From Tagaea sp. (GTDB taxonomy: Bacteria; Pseudomonadota; Alphaproteobacteria; CACIAM-22H2): a DNA stretch of 64,000 nucleotides. The DNA lies in assembly GCA_044224405.1 (NCBI GenBank), contig JBGAKN010000004.1:183810-247809 (forward strand), in the 5' to 3' direction. Both the position numbers and the translations under genes were made by a program. This document shows positions 10,296 to 19,112 of the stretch, piece by piece. The notes beneath the pieces were generated by a model. The model had not been told where the DNA came from. It saw only the letters and a list, made by a program, of their open reading frames with translations, and searched no databases. The stretch's first letter is position 1. The number at the start of each line of letters is the position of its first letter.

Positions 10296-11324
10296 TCAGC
10301 GCGGCAGCGAGCCGATCTCGGCGTCCCACTTCGCGAGCAGGCGGCGGCGTTCCGAAGCCTGCCCGTACTTCACGAAGTCGTATTCGACGAGCTTCAGCTT
10401 CGAGAGGTCGGGCGCGTTGGGCGGCAGCGGGGCCGCCTTGTTCGACGGCATCTGGAGCTGGCCACCAGCCTCGAAACCGAGGCGCTGGGCTTCGGGCGTC
10501 AACGCCCAGTCGTAGAAGCGGCGCGCCTGCGTCAGGTTGCGCGTGCCCCGCACGATCGACATCGAGCCGATCTCGTAGCCCGTGCCTTCGCACGGCGTCG
10601 CCCAGCCGACGGGGAAGCCGGCATTGGCTTCCGTCACGGCGTCGTGCACGAACGACAGCGACACGGCCGTCTCGCCGCGCGCCACTGCCTTGATCGGTCC
10701 GGTGCCCGAGCGCGCATAGGCGTTCACGTTCTTGTGCATGTCGGCCAGATACGCGAACGCCTTGCCCTCGCCCATCAGTTGCACCAGCGTGGCGATGACG
10801 ACATAGGCCGTACCCGACGAGTTCGGGTTGGCGACCTGGATCTCGCCCTTGTAGGCCGGCTTGATGATGTCGGCCCAGCAGGCGGGCGCCGGGATGTTCT
10901 TCTTGGCGAGCAGCTCCTTGTTGAAGCCGAAGCCGACGGCGCCCGAATAGATGCCGATCGAGCGGCCCTTGGAGATCTCGTACTGGCGCAGCGCCCATGC
11001 CTGCAGGTTGCCCGCACCGGCCGACTTGTATTCGACGGTGAGGTTCTCTTCGGCCGCGATCAGGTGCGGATCGCCCGTGCCGCCGAACCACACGTCGGTG
11101 CGCGGGTTCTGCGCTTCGGCGCGCAGCTGCGCCAGCGCCTCGCCCGAACCGCGCTGCGTCATCGCGACGTTGATGCCGGTCGCCTTCTGGAAATTCGTCG
11201 CGACGGCCTGGCACCATTCGACCTGCACCGAACACGAAAGATTGAGCGTGCCCTGCGCTTGCGCCTGCGGGGCCAGAAGGGCGCCGAGCGAAAAGGCGGT
11301 CAGGACGAGTGCGTTCTTGGTCAT
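10296..11324 (-). CDS. ABC transporter periplasmic substrate-binding protein (Fe3+/thiamine/polyamine family)
   Basis: Real start MTKNALVLTAFSLGALLAPQAQAQ (signal peptide) with a GGAGGAA SD. The 439-aa ORF-track version carries a spurious extension. About 343 aa fits FbpA/AfuA-like SBPs. Confidence 0.7.
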   Translation of the reverse strand: MTKNALVLTAFSLGALLAPQAQAQGTLNLSCSVQVEWCQAVATNFQKATGINVAMTQRGSGEALAQLRAEAQNPRTDVWFGGTGDPHLIAAEENLTVEYKSAGAGNLQAWALRQYEISKGRSIGIYSGAVGFGFNKELLAKKNIPAPACWADIIKPAYKGEIQVANPNSSGTAYVVIATLVQLMGEGKAFAYLADMHKNVNAYARSGTGPIKAVARGETAVSLSFVHDAVTEANAGFPVGWATPCEGTGYEIGSMSIVRGTRNLTQARRFYDWALTPEAQRLGFEAGGQLQMPSNKAAPLPPNAPDLSKLKLVEYDFVKYGQASERRRLLAKWDAEIGSLPR

Positions 11325-11384
11325 CGTTTCCTCCGGTTCCCGCCCCGTCAGATGCCTGCGGGAGCGATGTATTTTTGTTACGTA

Positions 11385-11420
11385 TTTGCAGGGGTACGGG
11401 CTCAAATTTGGCCCTGCAAA
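11385..11420. promoter_or_regulatory. Perfect 9-bp inverted repeat TTTGCAGGG-N18-CCCTGCAAA in the divergent SBP/HAD intergenic region
   Basis: Seen directly in sequence (11385-11393 and 11412-11420) inside a relatively AT-rich intergenic stretch. Candidate operator for the flanking iron-type ABC operon. Confidence 0.3.
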
Positions 11421-11506
11421 GCGTTCCGGACTGTCATATACTCGTAACAACGCGCGAATCAAGCAGATTTTCCGTGCTTCCTTGAAATGTAGGAATACTA
11501 CGCATC

Positions 11507-12166
11507 GTGACCTTATCAAACCCCCGCCCGTGCGCCCTTCTCTTCGACATCGACGGAACGCTGACCGATACCGAGGCCGTCCATTTCGAATCCTGGACAC
11601 GGATCCTGAAGCCACTCGGCATCACGGTGGCGCCCGATTTCTACATGGTGAACTTCGTCGGCCTGACGAGTGACGCCATCGTCCAGCGCAACTTCAGCAG
11701 CATCGATCCCGCGATCGCGCGCGAACTGCCCGACCGCAAGGAAGCGCTATTCCGCACGCTGCTCGACAGCCTCGTGCCCACGCCGGGCCTCGGCGCCCTG
11801 CTGGAACGCGCGCGCGACGCCGGTATCAAGCTCGCCGCCGTGACGAACGCGCCGCGCGCCAATGCCGAGCTGATCCTCGGCAAGCTCGGGCTCGGCAAGA
11901 CCTTCGCCACGATCGTCATCGGTGACGAACTGGCGCGCGGCAAGCCCGATCCGCTTCCCTATCTCACCGCGCTCGAACGGCTGGGCGTGGAAGCGGGCAA
12001 CGCGCGCGTTTACGAGGATTCCGCCGCAGGCGTCACGGCGGGCGTGGCCGCGCGCATCGAGACCGTGGGCATCGACATGCATGCGCCCGCCATCGACGAC
12101 AGCCATCCGCTGCGCCGCATAGGCGCCGCGCGCGTGATCCGCGATTTCCGCAACGAGGCGCTCTGA
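11507..12166 (+). CDS. HAD-superfamily hydrolase (subfamily IA, beta-phosphoglucomutase-like)
   Basis: Motif I LLFDIDGTLTDTE, plus motifs II-IV (VTNAPRANAELIL, K...GKPDP, YEDSAAGV). Confidence 0.75.
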   Translation: MTLSNPRPCALLFDIDGTLTDTEAVHFESWTRILKPLGITVAPDFYMVNFVGLTSDAIVQRNFSSIDPAIARELPDRKEALFRTLLDSLVPTPGLGALLERARDAGIKLAAVTNAPRANAELILGKLGLGKTFATIVIGDELARGKPDPLPYLTALERLGVEAGNARVYEDSAAGVTAGVAARIETVGIDMHAPAIDDSHPLRRIGAARVIRDFRNEAL

Positions 12167-12204
12167 CGGTATATTCCCCGCATCGACACGCGAGGGAGAC
12201 CGTC

Positions 12205-13005
12205 ATCGACATTTCCGTTCCCAACGGCGCCACACGGCTTTTCGTCATCGTCGGCGATCCGATCGCGCAGGTGAAATCGCCGGCCGGCATGACCGCCGGT
12301 TTCGCGGCGCGCGGCCGCAATGCGATCCTGGTGCCCGCGCATGTGACGCCGGGCGATCTGTCCGCGTTCCTCGCCAGTACGCGCCTCGTCCGGAATCTCG
12401 ACGGGCTCATCGTCACCATCCCGCACAAGTTCACCTGCGTGCCGTTCTGCACGAGCCTCAACGAACGTTCGGCGTTTCTGGGTGCCGTCAACATCATCCG
12501 GCGCGAAGGCGAAGGCTGGCACGGCGACATGCTCGATGGCCTTGGCTTCGTCGCGGCGATCCGCGCCAAGGGCGGCGAGCCCAGGGGCGCGCGGGCATTG
12601 CTGGTCGGCGCGGGCGGTGCCGGCTGGGCCATCGCGCTGGCGCTTGTCGATGCGGGCGTGGCTTCGCTCGCGATCCACGATACCGACATCGCGCGCCGCG
12701 ACGCGCTGATCAAGAAACTGCGTACCCGCATGCCGGTCACGGTCGGCTCGGCCGACCCGACCGGTTATGATCTCGTCGCCAACGCGTCATCCGCAGGCAT
12801 GAAGGCGGGCGATCCCCACCCTGTCGATGTCGCGCGCCTGTCGGCGGGCACGTTCGCCGCCTGCGCCATCACCTCGCCGGACCCGGCACCGTGGATCGCG
12901 GCGGCGATCGCGAAAGGCTGCCGGACTTCGAACGGCGTCGACATGTACCGGGCGGCGGAAGCGGCGATGCTCGATTTCCTGCTCGCCGCCGGCGAAGCGG
13001 CTTAA
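12205..13005 (+). CDS. Shikimate/quinate dehydrogenase family protein (divergent AroE paralogue) with unresolved start codon
   Basis: Conserved SDH N-terminus LFVIVGDPIAQVKSPAGMTAGF, TIPHK motif and Rossmann motif LLVGAGGAGWAIALAL. No in-frame ATG/GTG/TTG upstream of the conserved N-terminus. The only canonical start (GTG 12271) would truncate it. A GAGGGAG SD sits 8 nt before ATC 12205. Confidence 0.5.
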   Translation: MDISVPNGATRLFVIVGDPIAQVKSPAGMTAGFAARGRNAILVPAHVTPGDLSAFLASTRLVRNLDGLIVTIPHKFTCVPFCTSLNERSAFLGAVNIIRREGEGWHGDMLDGLGFVAAIRAKGGEPRGARALLVGAGGAGWAIALALVDAGVASLAIHDTDIARRDALIKKLRTRMPVTVGSADPTGYDLVANASSAGMKAGDPHPVDVARLSAGTFAACAITSPDPAPWIAAAIAKGCRTSNGVDMYRAAEAAMLDFLLAAGEAA

Positions 13006-13844
13006 AGCGTCGCCTCGATCGACTGGCGCAATTCGGGCGTGACGTCAGGCAGGATGCCGAACCACGCCTTGAAGGCCGGGCGCGCCTGATGGAGCAGCAT
13101 GCCGAGGCCATCCACCGTGGGATTGCCGCGCTTGCGCGCGGCGGCAAGCAACGGCGTTTCCAGCGGCGTGTAGACGATGTCGGTGACGAGCGCGGTCTTC
13201 GGCAACGCGTCGAGCGAAAGATCGAGCGCGGGCTGCCCGACCATGCCCTGGCTCGTCGTGTTGATCAGCGTGGCCGCGCCTTCGAGCACCTTGTGCCGCT
13301 CGTCCCAGCCGGCGATCTCGATCGGGCCGCCGACCTGCTTGGCCAGCGCCTCGGCGCGCGCGGGCGTGCGGTTGACCAGGACGATGCGCTTGGCCCCCTT
13401 GTCGAGCAGGCCGACCGCGATCGCGCGTGCGCCGCCGCCCGCACCCACGAGAACGACGGTGCCCGCATCGGCGCGCCAGCCGGGCGCACGGTCGATGACG
13501 TTCTCGATAAAGCCCCAGCCGTCGTTGTTGAAGCCGTTCAGCGAACCGTCCGCCCCGACGACGATGCAGTTCGCCGCGCCGATGCGCTTGGCGAGCGGAT
13601 CGAGCGTGTCGACGATCTTCAGCGCCTCGACCTTGTGCGGGATGGTGAGGTTGCAGCCCGAGAAGCCCAGCGCCGGCAACGCACGCAACGCCGCCGCAAG
13701 CCCTTCGATCTTGATGCCGAGCGGCACATAGGTGCCCGCGAGCCCGTGCTTCTGGAGCCAATAGTTATGGAGCTTCGGCGAGCGCGAATGCATCACCGGC
13801 CACCCCATCACACCCGCCAGCAAGAACCTGTCCTGATGCGCCAT
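13002..13844 (-). CDS. aroE: Shikimate dehydrogenase (canonical AroE)
   Basis: MAHQDRFLLAGVMGWPVMHSRSPKLHNYWL...CNLTIPHKVEA...VVLVGAGGGARAIAVGL. 281 aa. Last gene of the Liv-type ABC operon. Overlaps the convergent paralogue by 4 bp. Confidence 0.8.
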   Translation of the reverse strand: MAHQDRFLLAGVMGWPVMHSRSPKLHNYWLQKHGLAGTYVPLGIKIEGLAAALRALPALGFSGCNLTIPHKVEALKIVDTLDPLAKRIGAANCIVVGADGSLNGFNNDGWGFIENVIDRAPGWRADAGTVVLVGAGGGARAIAVGLLDKGAKRIVLVNRTPARAEALAKQVGGPIEIAGWDERHKVLEGAATLINTTSQGMVGQPALDLSLDALPKTALVTDIVYTPLETPLLAAARKRGNPTVDGLGMLLHQARPAFKAWFGILPDVTPELRQSIEATL

Positions 13845-13876
13845 GTCGAAAACTTCCCTCTGTGAAATGCGTCGTG

Positions 13877-14308
13877 TCAGGCGGCGGCGAAGCGCGCCTC
13901 GATGGCGGCGATGCCCGTCTTCGCCAGTTCCTCGTCTTCGGCTTCCGGCAGGCCGCTGATGGCGACGGCGCCGAGGAACTGCCCGTCCTTCTCCACCGGG
14001 AATCCGCCGCCCCAACCGACATAGCGCGGGTCGCCGTAATACGAGATGTCGAAGCCGTGCTCGGGATCACGGATGCGCTTGCCGACCATGCCGCTGGGCC
14101 GGCGCAGGCGCACGGCGGTGTAGGCCTTGTTCGTCGCGACGGCGACGGAGCTGAGTGCGGCACCCGAATAGCGCAGCACGGCCAGCGTCTCGCCGTGGGA
14201 GTCGACCACGGCGATGACGGCCGCCTTCCCACGCTTGTCGAGTTCGCGCGAAATCGCGTCGATCGCCGCGCGGGCGTCGTTGTGGTCGAGGGTGAGTTCG
14301 CTTCGCAT
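13877..14308 (-). CDS. GlcG/HbpS-like (DUF336) haem-binding family protein
   Basis: 143 aa. Pattern AVIAVVDSHGETLAVLRYSGAALSSVAVATNKAYTAV...GGGFPV...GAVAISG is typical of GlcG/PduO-C-like proteins. Confidence 0.6.
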   Translation of the reverse strand: MRSELTLDHNDARAAIDAISRELDKRGKAAVIAVVDSHGETLAVLRYSGAALSSVAVATNKAYTAVRLRRPSGMVGKRIRDPEHGFDISYYGDPRYVGWGGGFPVEKDGQFLGAVAISGLPEAEDEELAKTGIAAIEARFAAA

Positions 14309-14310
14309 GT

Positions 14311-15063
14311 CTATGCCGTTCCCGCGTGCTGGCTGGTACCGCCGAGAAAGAGTTCCCCTACCCGCGGATCGACGAGCAGGGCGGCGGCCGTGTCGGACAT
14401 CCGCGTCTGCCCCTGCTCGAGCACGAGCCCGCGGTCGGAGATCTGGAGGGCGCTGCGCGCGTTCTGTTCGATCAGCAGGATCGTCGTGCCGCGCTTGCGC
14501 AGGTCGAGGAGGATATCGAATGTCTCGCGCACCATCAACGGCGACAGCCCGATCGAAGGCTCGTCGATCAGCAGCAGCTTGGGATCGAGCAGCATGCTGC
14601 GCGCGATCTCCAGCAGCTTCTGCTGGCCGCCGCTGAGCGTGGAGGCCTGCGCCTTCGCCTTCTGGCGCAGGATCGGGAAGCGTTCGAGAGCGACTTCGAT
14701 GCGCGCCTTGATGTCGGTCTCTGGCGGCGCCGCGATCCCGCCAAGCTCTAGATTGTGGAATACGCTGAGCTCGGGAAAGATGTTGCGGCCCTGCGGCACA
14801 TAGCTGATGCCGGCGGCGAGCAGTTGGCGCGGCGGCAGGTTCGTGATGTCGCGTCCCTCGAACGCGATCATGCCGCTGCGCACCTTGAGCAGGCCGAACA
14901 CTGTCTTGAACACGGTCGACTTGCCCGCCCCGTTCGGGCCGATCACGGTCGTGATCTTGCCCCGCTCGATGCCGAACGTGGTGCCGTGCAGGATCGTCAT
15001 CGGGCCATAGCCGGCGACGACGTTGTCCAGCGTCAGGATCGGCGTGGCGCTGTCAGGGGCCAA
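14311..15063 (-). CDS. HAAT-family ABC transporter ATP-binding protein (LivF-like)
   Basis: Walker A GPNGAGKST, signature LSGGQQKLLEIARSM, Walker B LLLIDEPSIGLSP. TTG start. Overlaps the livG-like gene. Confidence 0.85.
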   Translation of the reverse strand: MAPDSATPILTLDNVVAGYGPMTILHGTTFGIERGKITTVIGPNGAGKSTVFKTVFGLLKVRSGMIAFEGRDITNLPPRQLLAAGISYVPQGRNIFPELSVFHNLELGGIAAPPETDIKARIEVALERFPILRQKAKAQASTLSGGQQKLLEIARSMLLDPKLLLIDEPSIGLSPLMVRETFDILLDLRKRGTTILLIEQNARSALQISDRGLVLEQGQTRMSDTAAALLVDPRVGELFLGGTSQHAGTA

Positions 15064-15796
15064 GATACGCCTCGACGACCTTCGGGTTGTTGCGGATGCT
15101 CGCGGGATCGCCTTCTGCGATCACCTTCCCTTCGGCCAGCACCAGCACGCGCGTGCACAGCGACATCACGAAATCCATGTTGTGCTCGATGACCACGAAC
15201 GTCGCGCGCATCTCCTTGTTGATCGCGCGCAGGCGTTCGCGCAGGCCCGCGAGCATCGTGAGGTTGACGCCCCCCGCCGGCTCGTCGAGCAGCACGAGGC
15301 GCGGGCCGCCCATGAACGCCATCGCGGCGTCGAGCAGCTTCTGCTGGCCATAGCTGAGGCGCCCGGCCTTCTCGCTTGCGACGTGGCTGAGGCGAAAGAA
15401 CTCGATCATCCGGTCGGCCGCGGCACCGAGCCCCGCGTCCGGTGGCCCGAACAGGCGCTTCAGCATCGTGCCCTGGTGTTCCTGCCCGGCCGCGATCAGG
15501 TTGTCCTTCACGGTCAGTTCCGGGAACACCTGCAGGAGCTGGAACGTGCGGCTCACGCCCAGCGCGTTGAGATCGCAGGGCCGCATGCCGGTCGTCACCT
15601 TGCCGTCGACCAGCACGGTGCCGGAGGTAGGCTGCAGCTGGCCGAGCACGCAGTTGAACAGCGTGGACTTGCCCGAGCCGTTCGGTCCGATGATGCCGAG
15701 GATCTCGCCCTCCTCGACCGAGAAGGATACGCCTTCGACGGCCGCGATGCCGCCGAACGACTTATGCAGATCGCGGATTTCGAGGACGGCGGCCAT
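15053..15796 (-). CDS. HAAT-family ABC transporter ATP-binding protein (LivG-like)
   Basis: GPNGSGKSTLFN, LSYGQQKLLDAAMAF, LVLLDEPAGGVN. Start overlaps the livM-like stop. Confidence 0.85.
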   Translation of the reverse strand: MAAVLEIRDLHKSFGGIAAVEGVSFSVEEGEILGIIGPNGSGKSTLFNCVLGQLQPTSGTVLVDGKVTTGMRPCDLNALGVSRTFQLLQVFPELTVKDNLIAAGQEHQGTMLKRLFGPPDAGLGAAADRMIEFFRLSHVASEKAGRLSYGQQKLLDAAMAFMGGPRLVLLDEPAGGVNLTMLAGLRERLRAINKEMRATFVVIEHNMDFVMSLCTRVLVLAEGKVIAEGDPASIRNNPKVVEAYLGP

Positions 15797-16761
15797 CAGC
15801 GCGCCACCTTAGCGGCCGTGCGCCGGCGCCACGCCGCACGCAGCTGCTCGACCATGCCGATCAGGCCCTGCGGGCAGAAATTCATCAGCAGCATCACCAG
15901 CGCGGCGTAAAGCAGCAGGTAGTAGCCTTGGGTGAAGCGCAGGAAATCAGGAAGCAGGATCGCGACCATCGCGCCCACCAGCGGCCCCAGCAGATAGCCC
16001 GCGCCGCCGACGATCACCATCAGCAGCAGGCTCAGCGAATAGCCGAGCGAGAACGAGTTGGGTTCGAGGAACTGCACCAGCGGCGCGAACAGCCCGCCCG
16101 CGAAGCCGCCGATCGACGAGCCGATCGCGAAGGCGAGCAACGTGTAGCGGCGCGTGTCGATGCCGAGCGACAGCGCGCGCACCGGGTTCTCGCGCAAGAC
16201 CATGAAGGCGCGCCCCCAGGGCGAGCGGATCATCCACCACATGGCCCCCAGAAACAGCGCAAGCATCGCGAGGCAGAAATAGTAGTAGGCGCCCGCTTTC
16301 GCGAACGAGATGCCGAATAGTACCGGGCGCTGGATGCCGGAAATCCCGTAGACGCCGTTCGTCAGCCACTGCTCGTTGCGCAGCAGCAGATAGACGAGCG
16401 TCGTGAAGGCGAGCGTGACGAAAGCGAGATAATGGTGCTGCACGCGCAAGGCCGGATAGCCGAGCAGCCAGCCGATCGCGAAGCCCATCGCACCCGCCGC
16501 AAGAAAGGCGAGCGGAAACGGCACGCCCGCCTGCATCAGCAGCGTCGTCGTATAGGCGCCGATGCCGACGAACGCGCCTTGCGCCATCGAAACCTGCCCG
16601 GCATAGCCGAGCGTGAGGTTGAGCCCCATCGCCGCGATCGCCGTCACGGCCCACAGGCTGACGAGATAGAGCTGCGAGGGGCGCAGGAACTCCGGCCCCA
16701 GCGCAAGGCCGATGACGATCGCGGCCGTGGCCGCGAGGATGGCCGGAGAAAAACGCGTCAT
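15796..16761 (-). CDS. HAAT-family ABC transporter permease (LivM-like)
   Basis: 321-aa polytopic membrane protein. LNLTLGYAGQVSMAQGAFVGIGAYT is typical of LivM. Confidence 0.8.
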   Translation of the reverse strand: MTRFSPAILAATAAIVIGLALGPEFLRPSQLYLVSLWAVTAIAAMGLNLTLGYAGQVSMAQGAFVGIGAYTTTLLMQAGVPFPLAFLAAGAMGFAIGWLLGYPALRVQHHYLAFVTLAFTTLVYLLLRNEQWLTNGVYGISGIQRPVLFGISFAKAGAYYYFCLAMLALFLGAMWWMIRSPWGRAFMVLRENPVRALSLGIDTRRYTLLAFAIGSSIGGFAGGLFAPLVQFLEPNSFSLGYSLSLLLMVIVGGAGYLLGPLVGAMVAILLPDFLRFTQGYYLLLYAALVMLLMNFCPQGLIGMVEQLRAAWRRRTAAKVAR

Positions 16762-17639
16762 CAGACGGACCGTTCCTCGACGCGCCCGAGCAATCCTTGC
16801 GGACGGAACAGGATGACGGCGACGAGCACGATCAGCGGCACGGCCGCGCGATACTGGGCCGACACGTAGGCGGCCGCGAGATTGTCGAGCACGCCGAGGA
16901 TCAGCCCACCTAGCACGGCGCCGCGCACCTGGTTGAAGCCGCCCACGATGGCCGCGACGAAGGCCGCGAGGCCCAAAGTCTCGCCGTTCGTGAACTTGGC
17001 GAGATAGATGGGCGAGACGAGGAACGAGGCGAGCGCGGTCAGCAGTCCGTTGATGAGGAAGGTGTAGAGGATCATCCGGTCGACATCGACGCCGAGGATG
17101 CGCGCGACGCTGCGGTTCTGCGCGGTCGCCTGCATCGCGCGGCCGGTGAGCGTGGATGTGAGGAACCAGTTGAGCAGTGCCACGGCCCCGATGGCGACGA
17201 AGAAGACCGCGATGCTCTGCGTCGAGACGACGGCGCCGAACGCCTCGATGTCACTGCCATCGACGATCGCGGGAAACTGCTGGGCCTGCGAGCTGTAGAA
17301 ATCCTTCACGGCCTCCTTCATCAGGATGGCCAGCGCCACCGTCGAGATGACGAGCGGCAGCACGCCGTGGCGCAGCATCGGCTCGACGATCAGCCCCTTA
17401 AAGGCGGCCCCGAGGATCAGGGCCGACACGACGAGCCCGACGACGAGCGCGGGCCAGTAGCCGAGGCCGCCGACCTTCATCGCGACCAGCACGAAGAACG
17501 CCGGCACCATCACGAACTCGCCCTGCGCGAAATTGATCGTCTGCGACGTCTGCCAGAGCAGCGCGAAGCCCACGGCGACGAGGGCGTAGATCGCCCCCGT
17601 CGCCAGGCCCGACACGATGAGCTGGATGAACCCAGACAT
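16761..17639 (-). CDS. HAAT-family ABC transporter permease (LivH-like)
   Basis: Real start MSGFIQLIVSGLATGAIYALVAVGFALLWQTSQTINFAQGEF (LivH hallmark) at 17639. The ORF-track 332-aa version carries a spurious extension. Confidence 0.8.
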   Translation of the reverse strand: MSGFIQLIVSGLATGAIYALVAVGFALLWQTSQTINFAQGEFVMVPAFFVLVAMKVGGLGYWPALVVGLVVSALILGAAFKGLIVEPMLRHGVLPLVISTVALAILMKEAVKDFYSSQAQQFPAIVDGSDIEAFGAVVSTQSIAVFFVAIGAVALLNWFLTSTLTGRAMQATAQNRSVARILGVDVDRMILYTFLINGLLTALASFLVSPIYLAKFTNGETLGLAAFVAAIVGGFNQVRGAVLGGLILGVLDNLAAAYVSAQYRAAVPLIVLVAVILFRPQGLLGRVEERSV

Positions 17640-17659
17640 GTCGCGTCCCGATCCCGGCG

Positions 17660-18799
17660 TTACTTGCCGGACTTGGGCAGGATCTCGACGATCTTCTGCT
17701 TGCCGTTGACGACTTCGCCCAGGAAGCTCTGGCGGTCGATGTCGCCGTTCTCGTCCCAAGTGGCTTCCATCAGGATGCCCGGCTCCTGCGCCGGCGTGAT
17801 GGTCGCGCCATGCAGCGCCGCCGCGAAGGCCTTGCTGTCGAACTTGCCCAGTTTTTCAGTGATGTGCTTGATCATGTAGATCGAGATGTAGCCCTTGATG
17901 CCGTTGTGGTCGTTGGCGTAACCGAAGCGCTTCTTGAACTTCTCGCCGAACGCCTGCAAGGCCGGTACCGGCGCGTCGGCCGAGAGGCCGACATGGCCCT
18001 TCACGCCGTTGGCCGCGTCGCCGGCGAGTTCGATGACCTTCTGCCCGAGCAGCGTCGTCTCGCCGATCAGCGGGACGCGGATGCCCTGCTTGCGCGCCTC
18101 GCGCAGGAAGCGAGCGCTTTCCTCTTCGTTCGTGTAGACGAAGATCGCATCGGCATTCGCGTTCTTGACCTTGACGACGTCGGAGGCGAAATCGACCTGG
18201 CCGGATTCAGTCGACACGTCGGCGACGACCGAGATGTTGCGCTTCTTCATCTCGGCGACGAAGAAGTCGCGGCCGCCCTTGCCGAAATCGTTGTTGACCC
18301 ACACGACCGCGACAGACTTCGCCTTCACGCCGTCGCGCATGTAGTTGGCGATCTTCGGCATGCTGTTCTGCTGGCCGAAGGCGGTGCGGAAGACATAGGG
18401 GTTGCCGCGCTGCGTGATCGCGGCCGCCTCGCCGCCCATGATCTGGGCGATTTCGGCCTGCTTGGCGAGTTCCATGCTGGGGAGCACCGAGCCCGAGAAC
18501 ACCGGCCCGAGGATCACGTAGGGCTTGTTGTCGATCATCTTCTGGATCTGGGCCCGCGCGATGCTCGCCTCGCTCTGCGTGTCGACGTGCGGCACGTCGA
18601 GCTTGCGGCCGAGAATGCCGCCCTTGGCGTTCACTTCCTCCACCGCGAGGATGATGCCGTCGCGCCAGTTCGTGCCCGAAACCGCGCCCGCGCCCGAAAG
18701 CTCGGCGAGATCCGGGATGTAGACGGTCTGCTGCGCGCCGGCGGCCATCGGTGCGAGCACCATGGCGGCCGCGATGAATGACTTGGTCAGGTATTTCAT
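17660..18799 (-). CDS. HAAT-family periplasmic substrate-binding protein (LivK/LivJ-like; substrate possibly an aromatic or hydroaromatic acid)
   Basis: Real start MKYLTKSFIAAAMVLAPMAAGAQQ (signal peptide) at 18799 with an SD. Type I periplasmic binding fold (Leu/Ile/Val-BP family). First gene of the seven-gene minus-strand operon ending in aroE. Confidence 0.8.
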   Translation of the reverse strand: MKYLTKSFIAAAMVLAPMAAGAQQTVYIPDLAELSGAGAVSGTNWRDGIILAVEEVNAKGGILGRKLDVPHVDTQSEASIARAQIQKMIDNKPYVILGPVFSGSVLPSMELAKQAEIAQIMGGEAAAITQRGNPYVFRTAFGQQNSMPKIANYMRDGVKAKSVAVVWVNNDFGKGGRDFFVAEMKKRNISVVADVSTESGQVDFASDVVKVKNANADAIFVYTNEEESARFLREARKQGIRVPLIGETTLLGQKVIELAGDAANGVKGHVGLSADAPVPALQAFGEKFKKRFGYANDHNGIKGYISIYMIKHITEKLGKFDSKAFAAALHGATITPAQEPGILMEATWDENGDIDRQSFLGEVVNGKQKIVEILPKSGK

Positions 18800-19112
18800 G
18801 TTTCGCTCCCTTTTCTCCGGACTTTGCCGGATATCGAAATTTTTATGCCGTCTTATCGCGAGAAGAGCAACGGCTAGCACCTCGCGAATACCGGCCCGCA
18901 TTCGGACGACAGGCCGGACGGAACCGCTGCAAGGATCGTGGAAATCCGAAAGTAACGTCCAATACCAAGGTTTCTGACTTCCGTAACGTCAGGTTAAGCA
19001 GCGCGCTTCCGGCCCCATCGCTCCCACGCCGGGCATGCCTGAATCAAATTATTTGTTTGCGCAGTTTGGTGAAGGGCATGCATCAATAGCGGACCACAAG
19101 GCGGCGGGCGAA

